From Diadema antillarum (Eukaryota): 64,000 bases of DNA. The notes under the pieces were generated by a model, which saw only the letters and a list, made by a program, of their open reading frames with translations, had not been told where the DNA came from and did not search any database. The stretch is from positions 620,001 to 684,000 of the forward strand of contig NW_027271335.1 of NCBI RefSeq assembly GCF_040938485.1, written 5' to 3'. A program made the position numbers and the translations under genes. How positions within the stretch are numbered: position 1 is the stretch's first letter; the number at the start of each line of letters is the position of its first letter. Shown piece after piece: positions 1-11,836 of this stretch.

Positions 1-985
1 CTATGACACATGTGTACATCTACTCAATGTACTCGCTCATAAATCTTATACTTATGTCAACTCTGCGTCATAAGTTAGCCAAAGCAACAACAAAAATTAA
101 CCATCGGACATTTCTTTTTGTCACTCCACACATACATGTTTTGTTACTCGTTAGCATGTTATAACATATGTGCAAACTCTGGAAAATATCGAGATCATAC
201 TCGACACACAAATGTGACTCTGTCATTCTGTAACGAAATACTTATATACAGGTTATTAATGTACAGAAGTGACATTATATCTTGGCTTCTTTATGCCTCA
301 CTGTCACTCAACACCTTTTCATTCATACAAAACAACACAAATTCTTTTGTTTTAACACAAATCGGTTGACATAAAACTCATAATTTGATCAACAGTTTTC
401 CTGTGACTGGCCGTTTGTGTTTGCTATACTATTTTTGCATTTGCTAGCATTAACTCTGTAACGTAACGGTATACATACAAAACTGAATCCTTTGACTCTT
501 TGGGGTAAATTGAATGAAATCAAAATATAAGTGTGCCACTGAAGCACAACTTTCACTGTAATCTTACACACCAAAAATGTTGTATCCTGGCGCTTCCTGT
601 AATGTTGGGTTTTCAAAATACATGTATCATACAATGCTTGGCGTGTAACACATCATGAAATTTTCAAGTAACGTCTCCTTATAAAGACAGAATATTGTGT
701 ACTAGTACTTTCTCATACTTCCTAGCATCACTCATATATACTGTTGACGTTTAAAACAAACATGATTGACATGAATACACTTTCCTCCTTCACAGATCCT
801 TGGGAAAGGAAAAAAAACTGAAAGAGAATACATAAACACATGTATACATTGTTATGTACACACAAAAAGTCAACATCAGTTTCTTGTATGTTTTGAGTCT
901 TGTTTGAAATGTTCTGCTTGATGTAGGTTTCACTGTAGATTTGAGATTGTTATCGTTCGGCAACATTATCAGCGCGTGCACAGTT

Positions 986-1969
986 TCAAACTCGCGACAA
1001 AGCGTCTGCTAATTTGTTGTCCTTTCCTGTTATGTGCACAATTCTCAGTGGGTACGGCTGGAGAATCAAACTCCAACGGAAGAGACGCTGATTTTTGTGT
1101 TTGAAGCGTTCTAAGAATGTCAATGGGTTATGGTCAGTGTACACCACGATGTCTCTTCCACCGTCCAAATACGCTTCGAAATGTTGCACCGCTAGAACGA
1201 CACTGAGGCATTCCTTCTCCACAGTTGAATACTTTTCCTGATGGCGATTCAGTTTTTTGGAGAAGAAACACACGGGTTTGCTGTGTCCGTTGTCGTCGTC
1301 CTGAAGTAGCACGGCTCCTACTCCTCGGTCACTAGCATCCGTAGCTAGCTGGAAGCTCCTCTCGAAGTTTGGTGCGATGAGCACGGGATCGTTCATGAGG
1401 ATGGCCTTCAGCTTCTGGAACGCACCCTGGCAGCTCGCCGACCACTGGAACGTTGTACCCTTTTTCAACAGGTCCGTCAAGGGCATTACCAAGTGACTGA
1501 AATTGGGAACGAACCTCCGGTAAAATCCGCACATTCCCAAGAAGCGCTGAAGCTCCCGTTTCGATGCCGGCACTGGGAAGTCCACGATGGCTCGGACCTT
1601 TGCATCTCGTGGTGCGACGCTTCCTCGGCCTACCTTGTGACCTAGGTAGGTCACACAAGCTTTCCCAAACTCACATTTGGCCAGATTCACCACGAGTCCT
1701 GCATGTGACAACCTCCGGAACAGCTCTCGAAGATGAGCAACATGCTCCTCCCACGTATTGCTGAAAACCAACACATCGTCTATATAGACAACACAGTTAT
1801 CATGACCAGCAATAACTCGATTCATCATCCGTTGAAAAGTGGCGGGGGAGTTTTTCATCCCGAAGGGCATGACACGACACTGGCATAACCCGGAGGGCGT
1901 GACAAACGCCGAGATCTCTCTTGCATCCTTGTCTAATGGCACCTGCCAATACCCTTTCATCAAATCCAA
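986..1969 (-). pseudogene. Gypsy reverse transcriptase (C-terminal part) + RNase H
   Basis: DLMKGYWQVP, VMPFGMKNSPATFQR, VVYIDDVL, ATDASDRGVGAVL, TVEKECL, YTDHNPL, NKLADALSR. The frame extends upstream (EECIDRVGSAEYVSKL) to a small deletion near 2015. Confidence 0.92.
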
Positions 1970-1992
1970 TTTGCTGACATACTCAGCACTTC

Positions 1993-2658
1993 CTACCCGA
2001 TCAATACATTCCTCAAAGGAAGCGGAAATGAATCAGTCTTGGTTATGGTATTGACCTTCCTGTAATCTATACAAAACCTGGACGTTCCGTCTGCCTTTGG
2101 GACTAGCACTACTGGGGAACTCCAGTTTGAGTTACTAGGCTCTACGATTCCATTTGCAAGCATGAAATCTATCTCCCTATCAACCTGTTCTCTCTTAGCA
2201 GGATGAATCCGATATGGATGCTGCTTTATGGGTGCATTGTCACCAACATCTACCGTATGAACAGTATCGTGTGCACAGCCCAATCTATCACTGCAGACCT
2301 CCAGAAATTCCAGGAAGATGTCGACAACATCTTGCCTCTCCGAATCAGACAGATGACTGAGCAGTAACTCTGGATTTTCTAGTGCCTTTGAGTTCTCTAC
2401 TCGCGGAATCATTCCTGACTTGAAACTCACACTCTGAGAATCTGGAGCATCATGTTCAAACTCTTCTGCACTTTTCTCAGCACTGTGTACGACACTCTCA
2501 CTCACAACTGCACCTCCTTCTTCTACCATCACACGGCTAAATAGCTCCTCAAAAGCCGGAATAGGAATCAACGGCGCAGGTCTAATGGCATGTTGTGGTT
2601 TTCCTACCACTTGACATTCATGACACGTTCGACAAAATTCAGACACATCCTTTCTCAT
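1993..2658 (-). pseudogene. Integrase CxxC remnant fused in frame to linker and RT N-terminus (integrase catalytic core missing)
   Basis: FCRTCHECQVVGKP...PAFEELFSRVMVE jumps to an acidic linker, then PIKQHPYR, WSSPVVLVPKADG, RFCIDYRKVN; frame lost after DSFPLP. Confidence 0.85.
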
Positions 2659-2664
2659 CTTGGG

Positions 2665-4902
2665 CTAGAAGAAATGAGTTCTAATTCTACACAAAGTCTT
2701 CTTGACACCCATGTGTCCGGCCATTGGAATTTCATGTGCAAGACGTAGAATTTCCTTTCGATACGGCGGAGGAACAACTATCTGGTAGACAACCGTCCAG
2801 TCCTCATCTGCGGGACGATCTGGAGGACGCCATTTCCTCATCAAAACACCAGACTTTACATACAAACAGTCTGGCACTCCCTTCGCCTCATCTACAGTCA
2901 ATGCACCCTCTCTCAACTTCAACAATTCCTCATCTTCCATTTGTGCTTTGATTAAAGCTGGCTGACTGAACACACCTTCTTCCCAACTTTGTTCTCTTTC
3001 ACCTTCACTAGTCACCTTACCAAAGAATGTGTCATCAAGAGAAATTTCACTTTCAGACTTCTTTCTCTCACGCTCTGCTTCACTTGCTCGAAACCTGGTG
3101 ATAGCACATGTTGGAAATACTTCTGGGAATTCATCGACCAGTTTTTCGGTTTCCCGCTCGTACACTGGGACTTCAGAAACAACCGGAAGGACACTCACTC
3201 GACCTCCTGCAAGGTCATTACCAAGCAAAAAGGAAACTCCATCCATAGGGAGAAATGGAACAATTCCAACAATCACTTCCCCTGAAATCAGTCCACTATC
3301 CAAATTCACTCGGAATAGAGGGACCGCCTGCGTTCCTCCGTTGACATCATGTATCAGTACCTTTCTACCCGTGTTACAATCTATGGGCATACTCTTCACA
3401 TCTCCTACCATGAGGGACTGTGTAGCTCCAGTATCACGAAGGATGACAACCGGTACTCTAAATTCAGCAATGGTAACTGTACCATTTGAAATGAAGTCCT
3501 TGTACTTTTCATCCACACGACTACTTGAACACCTATCTGTCATTTTTGAGACACTGCTTTTCACAACATTTGGATGACGCTGTTCATCACTTACACTTGA
3601 CTTAACAAAACCATTGGTGGCTGTCTGGTTCGGTTTCTCTTTTGTTTCAGCATCTGAAATGTTCTGTGAACGTGCATGGACTAAACCATGTGTTGCTTTT
3701 TGCTTTTGTTTTTCTTTTGCTTCATTTTGTTCCAGCAATCGCCTACATTCAGACTTAATGTGACCTGTTTTCCCACAGAAAAAGCATCTCACTTCTTTGT
3801 ATTGAGGCCGTGGCGATTTTGGGCGCTCTTTCGGTGATTCAGTCTTTTCCCTATAACTACCGTGCCACTTTTGATTGTCAGGATTTCTCAACTGATCAAA
3901 CTTACTCTTTCCCTCAGGACTTTTTGTTTTCACTTTATGTGTCAACTCATACTGGTCAGCGGTGACTGCTGCACTCTTTACATCATGTACTCTTCGATCT
4001 TCCAAGTATGTTCTCAGATCTGGAGGTGTCGATTTCTTGAACTCCTCCATCAACACTATCCCTCTCAAATTGTCATAAGTGAGATCTACTTTCATTGATC
4101 GAACCCATCGATCAAACATAATTTCTTTTTCTCTCTGAAACTCTATGTAGGTCTGTCCCGAACCTCTCCTATATCCTCGAAACTTTTGCCTGTAGGCTTC
4201 TGGGACTAACTGATAGGCAAGAAGGACTGCTTCCTTAACTGTGTCATAGTCATTTGCCTCCTCATCCGAGAGAGCAGACACTACTGAATGTGCCTTGCCT
4301 GTGAGCTTTTGTTGTACTATCATAGACCAATATTTCTTCTCCCACTCCAAATTCCTGGCTATTCTCCCAAAGGAGAAAAAGAAAGAGTCTACATCCTCTT
4401 CATCAAAGCGGGGGACTGTGTTTGCCATTTTTGCAATGTCGGGCGTCTCTGGCCTCGACATAGTAACATTAGGCCTATCCCCTGGGACGCTACTGGCCTG
4501 TGCCTGAGTCAACTCGATTTGACGTTGCATTAACCCTTGTTCGAGTCTCAGATTTTCTGCCTTCATTTTTTCTTTTTCTAACTCCAATCTAGCCAGTTCT
4601 AGTTGTGTGGAATCTACCCTCATCTCACTAGGTCTAGTAGTAGTAGTAGTACTTGGAGAAGTTCTTCTACCAGCACTCTCAATCTCATCTGTACTCTCAC
4701 TCTGGTCTGTGTGTTCATATTCTACACCACCCAGTTCAAGCTTCTCCACCAGAACTGCAAAAATTTCTTTCTTTCGACTACACTCTCTGATATCAGCATC
4801 TACATGAGTTGCAACCTCAATCAACTGGGCTTTCACTAACCCTCTCAGTCTACCAAGAGTGACGTCTTTCACAAACTCTGCAGCATCGAACTTGGCTGCC
4901 AT
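2665..4902 (-). CDS. Gmr1-type Gag (capsid/SCAN-like, zinc knuckle) + aspartic protease + start of integrase zinc finger; ends at a premature TAG
   Basis: 745 aa. VPRFDEEDVDSFF...AYQLVPEAYRQKFR capsid; CFFCGKTGHIKSEC; ILRDTGATQSL; LAHEIPMAGHMGV. Reads HFF-TAG-PKMRKDV where HFYWP-type Trp is expected. Confidence 0.9.
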   Translation of the reverse strand: MAAKFDAAEFVKDVTLGRLRGLVKAQLIEVATHVDADIRECSRKKEIFAVLVEKLELGGVEYEHTDQSESTDEIESAGRRTSPSTTTTTRPSEMRVDSTQLELARLELEKEKMKAENLRLEQGLMQRQIELTQAQASSVPGDRPNVTMSRPETPDIAKMANTVPRFDEEDVDSFFFSFGRIARNLEWEKKYWSMIVQQKLTGKAHSVVSALSDEEANDYDTVKEAVLLAYQLVPEAYRQKFRGYRRGSGQTYIEFQREKEIMFDRWVRSMKVDLTYDNLRGIVLMEEFKKSTPPDLRTYLEDRRVHDVKSAAVTADQYELTHKVKTKSPEGKSKFDQLRNPDNQKWHGSYREKTESPKERPKSPRPQYKEVRCFFCGKTGHIKSECRRLLEQNEAKEKQKQKATHGLVHARSQNISDAETKEKPNQTATNGFVKSSVSDEQRHPNVVKSSVSKMTDRCSSSRVDEKYKDFISNGTVTIAEFRVPVVILRDTGATQSLMVGDVKSMPIDCNTGRKVLIHDVNGGTQAVPLFRVNLDSGLISGEVIVGIVPFLPMDGVSFLLGNDLAGGRVSVLPVVSEVPVYERETEKLVDEFPEVFPTCAITRFRASEAERERKKSESEISLDDTFFGKVTSEGEREQSWEEGVFSQPALIKAQMEDEELLKLREGALTVDEAKGVPDCLYVKSGVLMRKWRPPDRPADEDWTVVYQIVVPPPYRKEILRLAHEIPMAGHMGVKKTLCRIRTHFF

Positions 4903-5330
4903 GATTTATTCACATCTAGCTATCCGACTAGATTTCAAGACTACGTCGCTAACGCAACTTCCTACAGTACACTCCGCTGCGTACCGAACTACGAGAATAG
5001 TCTAAGCAATTCAGACCTGACAAACACTCGTATATCTCGAGGCCAATTTCCTCGTAAAGCCATATCTAACGATGCTGATCAAAATAACCAGAAAGTGACA
5101 CACTAATCTGATAAAATGACATAAAGGAAACGATGATACGTACCCTTCCTTTTCAGCAATCAAAGCTGCAACCCTGGTATTCAGCTAGCGAGAAGACCAG
5201 TACAAGTGCGCAAAACATACTCCTCGCATCGCTTCGCGAATCGCACTTCATTCACAACCACTGCATATCGCAGCCCCATTACACATACCGTGCAATGTCA
5301 CGCAGTATACAATACCGCTACGAACGACAC

Positions 5331-5680
5331 TGTTACGTTCGCTACCTGTGTACACATCTCACACGAGTGCAAACACTACACATTAACCTCCAAAGGGCAT
5401 CAATCATTACAACGATGTACCAAACACCGAAATAACTACCCATAAGACGGCCTGTTTGTATGTTTCCCGGACATGTTCCCCCACATGTCATGCACCAACA
5501 GAACACCCGTCAGCACCGACGTAACATCTGTCATATACCGACAAAACATTCTTGGATCAGCACCGAATGAGTACAGCTGTTCACGCCATGTTTGCCAACT
5601 CCAACTCTCATGTCCCGAATGGACACTTTTATTACACCCCACCCTGGTTTCACCAAGGCACATCACGGTTCTCCGTCACA
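5331..5680 (-). repeat. Possible 5' LTR of the Gmr1 element
   Basis: Minus strand begins TGTGACGG at 5680 and ends ...CGTAACA at 5331 (imperfect inverted termini). No second copy or clear PBS found, so weak. Confidence 0.3.
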
Positions 5681-7253
5681 GTCACTATAGGTCACTTTAC
5701 TTTGAAGGCGTCCCTATAGGCAATAACCTGAATACAACATCACCCTTTTCTTGTCTCACCTTAAACCTTAAAGAAAACAATTTGATATATTTCTTCATGT
5801 CAGAAGTTTATATTTTGCCTAAGTTACATGTATTGTTAGCTTTCTCCGCAGTACAGATATCACTGCTTAATACCTTCCAAGGTATTCCGATGATTCAGAT
5901 TCTTTCGAAAAAAAATATATATATTTGAGTGATTGAAACGGTATGGCATCCACATACGATAAATCTGGAGAGTTAGTGTTCAAGCAGATATCTACTACCC
6001 GGAGTTTACAAAGAGTAACATAAACTCTTTCATGTAGGTAGGCACGTCGCATGTCCACAACCAAGGGAAGGGCACGGTTTGCTCTGAGAATGTTCTCAAA
6101 CAGTATAGGCCTAGTGAATGGTCTGCACATGAATGCTTCCTATAGTAAATTTCTACAAATATTAGAGTCGGCGAGCAATGTACACCACAGTACCGCTGAT
6201 GTTAATGTTTACTGTCGTCGTATGGTACATTTTGTGTTAGTGCTCACCGGTGCTGAAGTCCATAATTCACCTTCTTATATTTAAGACAACAGATTTCAGA
6301 GAGAGAATTCCAGATGGCGGGAGCAGGCCTGTTTTGATTAACAATGAACCTTGCACTCTGCCCAAATACAGTAAACTGTATCACAACGTCAGTATCATGC
6401 ATGTACGAATCATGCATGTACGAACAAAACACTCAACGATTGGCTGATAGAATTGGCTGATAGAAGATAGAAGATTGGCTGATAGAAGACTACGTAAATT
6501 TATTCTCACTGATATAGCACCACTCGCAAATTTCAAATAGCTACCACGAGTTGTGTTCGTTCCTTTTCCTTCTTTTTTGTGTCATGTTATTCAAACATTA
6601 TGTCATGTTATTCAAACAAAGCACTCAACAATTATACTAAGTGTATGAGGCCGATGCAGCGGCTCACACAGTCAATTATTCATTTTGGTTGAATTGATTT
6701 TAAATATAAACAGTGCGCTCATTATACGTTTATGGGATTGAATGGCAATGATTGAACTCTGAAGTTTACTGCCCAACAGATTTGGTATATATATTGATTG
6801 GAAGTAAGCGTCTTCCTGTACATTTTCTTTCTTTCTTCTACATCTGCTCTAATATTCGGCAAATGGAAAATTGTTTTTCTCGTAATCTTAGACTACCATA
6901 TCCAGCACGAGATGGCTTGCACTATGCTACGACTGGAACTTAACCTCTGACTTCATAACACGTTTAAATTATGTGATTGAAAAGTAATGATCTAATTTAC
7001 TGTTCAACAGATTTGGTCTGTTTACTGGTAGGAAGAATGTTTCTTAATTCCTCTATTTTTCCCATTATGTCCCAATACTCGGCTATTGGAGAAAAAACAT
7101 GTAAAATGTGATATGCTTTTTATCGCAATCTGTGATTATAGTATATCCGACATGAAATAGTCTGTACTGTGTTATGACTGAAACTATTATAACCTTTTGT
7201 CTTTTTTCTTCACAATTCCATGAAAATGATAACAAAATTATAATTTACACGTA

Positions 7254-8408
7254 ATGCGAAAAGAAGTAAATCGCAATAATGTCTGTACTTTGATTGCAAA
7301 GGGATTTTTCAAGGGTGAGGGAGGGAGGGTGGCTGCGGGTAACATCTGGAGAAAACGGTCTAAAGAAGACATGTATGTAAGTAATTTTTTATTGATTATG
7401 TATCTTTCTGTGTGCTTTAAGTACGCACACGACACAGCGATTGATATTCATTTCAACTTAGATTTTGTTATGTGCTCAGCAGTGTTTGCATTTTGCCTTG
7501 ACATACATTCCATGTACGCAACATCAAAATCTGTCTTACCTGGATATATTAATTTGATTTTTCACAATTCTGCCAAGTGCATACTTATGAACGTACGTAT
7601 AACCACTCGTATGTTTAGATTTGAACTGAGAACTGTATTACCATATCCACTATGTAAAGAACCAGTACTCGGTATACCTTTTTACATTGTTCTATGCACG
7701 CTCACTGTGCTTTCTCTCCTGGCGAAATTCACAAAAATTTACATAACAGTGTTAATGAACTTCCTATTGTGTATGCAAAAATGTGTTATGCCGGTGCTCT
7801 CGACCGCTATCAATTTGTCATCAGCTTTGAGCAATCTGTCATCCTTGTGTATCCAAAAATGCATTATTCCGGTGTTTTTGACCTCGCAAATCAATTCACT
7901 ACCTGTTCTCAGCTATTTGTTATTGTACATGCAAAGACGTGTTACCACGGTACTTCCGACTCCTCTCAGTGATTTGTTATCAATGTTTATGCAAAAATGT
8001 GTCATCCCGGTGCTTCTGACTCCTCTACGTAATTTGCCTCCTACCCTCTGCAAACTGTTATCATTGTGTAGGCATAAATGTGTTGCTATGGTGTTTTTGT
8101 TCACCCCCAATTATTTGTTGTCTGTTTGCTCTGGCATTCGCTTCTCTGAACTCTTCAGTGCAATTCTGGCCTCATATAGCCTAGCAACAACCTCATTCCC
8201 TACTTACTATACTGGTGCAGTTACCTTTGCATTTTTGGCATGCATTGTTTTATGTATGGCCATTGGACATTCTTTTCCCATATATTATCAGGGTGAATGT
8301 TCTCCCACTTGTCTCCCTATAAAACCAAGCAGCAGATGTGTTTTTAAGAAGTTATTTCCTGTTTACAGCCTGTCTTCATATTCACCTGCCTTGTATCAGT
8401 CACAATGA
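7254..8408 (+). CDS. Putative ORF1 of LINE A: hydrophobic Leu/Cys-rich protein with ~26-aa tandem repeats, no recognisable domain
   Basis: 384 open codons directly upstream of ORF2; repeats MQKCVMPVL / IQKCIIPVF / MQRRVTTVL / MQKCVIPVL / RHKCVAMVF; stop overlaps the ORF2 ATG (ATGA). Confidence 0.55.
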   Translation: MRKEVNRNNVCTLIAKGFFKGEGGRVAAGNIWRKRSKEDMYVSNFLLIMYLSVCFKYAHDTAIDIHFNLDFVMCSAVFAFCLDIHSMYATSKSVLPGYINLIFHNSAKCILMNVRITTRMFRFELRTVLPYPLCKEPVLGIPFYIVLCTLTVLSLLAKFTKIYITVLMNFLLCMQKCVMPVLSTAINLSSALSNLSSLCIQKCIIPVFLTSQINSLPVLSYLLLYMQRRVTTVLPTPLSDLLSMFMQKCVIPVLLTPLRNLPPTLCKLLSLCRHKCVAMVFLFTPNYLLSVCSGIRFSELFSAILASYSLATTSFPTYYTGAVTFAFLACIVLCMAIGHSFPIYYQGECSPTCLPIKPSSRCVFKKLFPVYSLSSYSPALYQSQ

Positions 8409-11400
8409 TGAATTCAAATACTACTGTAAACTCGAATGCCGCATCAGTTGCCACCCTTTATCCTCAGTCATTTGCTGATATGACACCAGTAATTTCAGTA
8501 GACAGCGAAGAGGGTGAGGATTCCGACATCGTCACTTTCTTAAATATGCAAACTCCTGAATTAAGACTGGATTTTGACTGTAGCGATACAGCAGTCCAAA
8601 ATGTATTCACTCACTACCACACAGAGGATGAGCTTACTTCACTCACTCATACCGACGAAAATCAACTGTTTATTTCACATTTTAATATCAGAAGCTTAAA
8701 TAAAAACTTTGATCAATTTCTTTCTTTTGTGAGTATATTAAAATCCAAATATAATATTATCGGGCTCAGTGAAACTTGGTTGAAGGAGACATCACCCTCT
8801 TCGCTGCTTACTATAGACGGTTTTAAACTCATAACAAATAATAGAACATGGAAGAAAGGTGGGGGAGTCGGATTTTATGTGTCACAGAATTTAGACTGTG
8901 TCTTCTTAGAAAAATACAGCGTGATGTCAGATACATTTGAGAGTGTATTTATCGAGGTCAAAACTTCAAACAAAGGTAATATTATAATTGGGGAGATTTA
9001 TCGACCCCCAAGCTCAAACCCTGCTGAATTTTTAGAGTTATTCTGCGGCCTTATCTCGAACACTTACTTTGACAGTAAGACATGTTTTGTCATGGGTGAT
9101 TTTAATCTCAATCTCCTTAATTACAGTGATAATCACTTATGCGCAGATTTTCTTAATCTTATGTTGTCGAAATCATTTATTCCCCTTATAAGGAAACCGA
9201 CTCGAATAACTGATGATGTATCTACTCTTATTGACAACATTTTTGTAAATGATTCATTTTCTGACATTACATCTGGCATAATAGTTTCTGACGTTACTGA
9301 TCATTTCCCAATTTACGCCCTTGTGTCCAGTTTATGACTGCTAATGCTTCTCACACCCATAACCCAGGTATTCGTGTAATGTCGGAATCCAACCTTAATA
9401 AACTTAGGGAGAAATTAAGTTCAGAGGATTGGTCCACCGTATACAGTCAAAGCGACATTGATTTAGCCTTTGAAAATTTTATGAATATTTTGATGGCTAA
9501 TTATGATTCTTGTGTTCCTCTCCGAAGACCTCACCATTCTAATTATAAAAAAGTACCACGACAACCATGGGTTACAAAATCTCTTCTCAGGTCCATTAAC
9601 CGCAAGAATAAATTTTTTCATAAGTATCGTAAAGATCCATCCCCTTTAAACAAATTAAGATATGTTCGTTATCGGAATATATTGACATCCATAATACGTA
9701 TAGCCAAGCGAAATTATTTTTCCCGACAGTTTGTTAAATATAAATCTGATGTGAAGAGTACGTGGAAGGTGATTAATGAGGCGCTCAAACATAAAAACAA
9801 TACTGATCCTCCTAAATATATTTCAGTGGACGGCCGCCAGATTAACGACCCGGTCAATATGGCGGAATCTTTCAATGATTATTTTGCAACTCTTGGTCCA
9901 CATCTTGCCAGTAAAATCCCGAAATCATCAACTGAATTTTATAGATACTTAGGTAATAGGAATTCTCAATCAATATTTTTTTAACCTATTGCTGAAGAAG
10001 AAATTATAGATATTATTAAGAATTTGAACGATAAAAAAAGTTCAGGATATGATGGAATTACAAATTTTCTTTTAAAAAATGTTTTAAACGAAATCATTAC
10101 TCCTCTCACATACATTTTCAATCAATCCTTATTTAATGGCAAAGTCCCCAATAAGATGAAGGTCGCAAAAGTTGTCCCTATCTTTAAGAAGGGACAGAAA
10201 GATTTGGTGAATAATTACCGACCAATTTCTTTGTTGACTTCAATCTCTAAAATTCTCGAAAGGGTGGTTTACACACGATTATTAAAATTTCTCACAAATC
10301 ATAACATTCTGTCGGATTCTCAGTTTGGTTTTAGAAAACATTACAACACAACCCATGCTTTACTTACTTTTATAGACAAGGTAGCTCATGCTATAGATAG
10401 TTTTGAACATACAATTGGAGTTTTTCTTGATTTTTCTAAAGCTTTCGACACGATAGATCATGAAATCTTGTTTTATAAATTGTGTCACTATGGAATCCGC
10501 GGTACCCCCTTAGAATGGTTTAAGAGTTATTTAACAGAAAGAAAGCAATTTGTTAATATCAATAGCCATGATTCGCAATTAAAGCCTATTTCATGTGGAG
10601 TCCCGCAGGGCTCCCTCTTGGGCCCACTTTTATTTATAGTATACATAAACGATCTTCCAAAATCATCGCAAATTTTGTCATTCATTTGTTTCGCCGATGA
10701 CACAAGCTTGTTTTTTTCACATCGAGACCCTAATGCATTAATGAATATGATGAATACTGAGCTCAGGTCCGTGCAATCCTGGATTTATGCGAACAAATTG
10801 TCCTTGAACATAGAAAAAAACTCATTATATGGTATTTAGTAATTCTTTGAATGTTGTTCCATATGATATCAAAATAAATGATTTATGTTTAAAGCAGGTT
10901 AATAACACAAAGTTTTTAGGGCTTTGGATTGACCAAGAATTATCCTGGAAAACTCATGTTAATTTTGTAAGTAAAATTTTGTCTAGAAATATTGGGATCT
11001 TGAATAAGCTAAAACATTTTTTTCCTGTTCATATTTTGCAGAGTATATATTCTTGTTTAATATCTCCACACTTCAATTATGGAATTTTGGCGTGGGGAAA
11101 TGCAATTCACTCATTACTAGATTCCCTTCTCCGTATTCAAAAGCGTGCAATAAGAATCATAAACCACGCCGGATATTTTGCCCATACCAATTGTTTTTTC
11201 CATCAAAACAGAATTCTGAAAATTTCAGACTTATATTATTATAATCTCGGAATTTTCATGTATAAACTAACAACTAATGAATTACCATCTGTTTTTATCC
11301 ACATGTTCAAAAGGAATCGTTCTATCCACTGTTATCCCACTCGCCAGAGTGACGCCTATCACCTTCCCCGTACTCGCACTATTTTTGCAAAGAAGACAAT

Positions 11401-11527
11401 TATATTTACTGGACCCAGATATTGGAATGATCTCCCTCTAGATATCACTTCTTCCTTATCTTTATTCACCTTCAAACGCAAATTAAAACAGTTATTACTT
11501 AGTGGATACACACTACCAAGCCCTTAG
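8405..11527 (+). pseudogene. LINE A ORF2: AP endonuclease + reverse transcriptase, broken into four ORFs
   Basis: HFNIRSL, GLSETWL, IYRPP, MGDFN, SDVTDHFPI (APE); FLDFSKAFDTIDH, GVPQGSLLGP, FADDT (RT). Frameshift near 9335, in-frame TAA 9982-9984, frameshift in an A-run near 10815. Confidence 0.93.
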
Positions 11528-11791
11528 CAACCTTTTTATGCTCCCAGTCTTTTGTCCTTGTCCGCAGCACCGAGTTACTTAAGTTATTTCATGGTACCGA
11601 TACATCTTTTAATAATACAGCATTTTTTGTTATTCAAACACTGCGAGATTTGTATGCAGTCTGGTTTGTGCGATATCTATGTGGTTCATTAGTTTATTAC
11701 TCATCTATTTTTTTTTTTTGTACTGGTGTAATTTTAGTTGGTCAAGACAAACATATCCGTTCTCCGTGTAAAGTTATATGCCTATGAACTC

Positions 11792-11836
11792 GGGAACCTA
11801 CAGTTTTACAAACTTTAAAGCTTTTATGTAGGCCCC
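11792..11836 (+). other. 3' UTR stem-loop of LINE A
   Basis: CCTACA/TGTAGG plus GGG/CCC stem around a 24-nt loop resembling the LINE B loop. Confidence 0.55.

Larger units (their letters stand above)
986..5680 (-). mobile_element. Decayed Gmr1-lineage Ty3/Gypsy LTR retrotransposon (gag-PR-INT-RT-RH order); 3' LTR not found in window
   Basis: Minus-strand domains in order: capsid/SCAN-like, CCHC knuckle, ILRDTGATQS protease, integrase HHCC, RT (YIDD), then RNase H ending LADALSRV-stop. Lesions: TGG>TAG at 2665-2667, integrase core deletion near 2521, frameshift near 2015. Confidence 0.9.

Noticed and set aside
1-985. 3' LTR and PPT of the Gmr1 element
   Set aside because: No similarity to 5331-5680 and no PPT abutting a TG start; probably outside the window or lost. 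No convincing PBS found near 5300 either.
6244-6432. Minus-strand APAIWNSL as an L2 ORF2 relic
   Set aside because: One short motif with no supporting flanking homology.
7254-8500. 2A-like (D.E.NPGP) peptide at the LINE ORF junctions
   Set aside because: No NPGP motif in either LINE translation.
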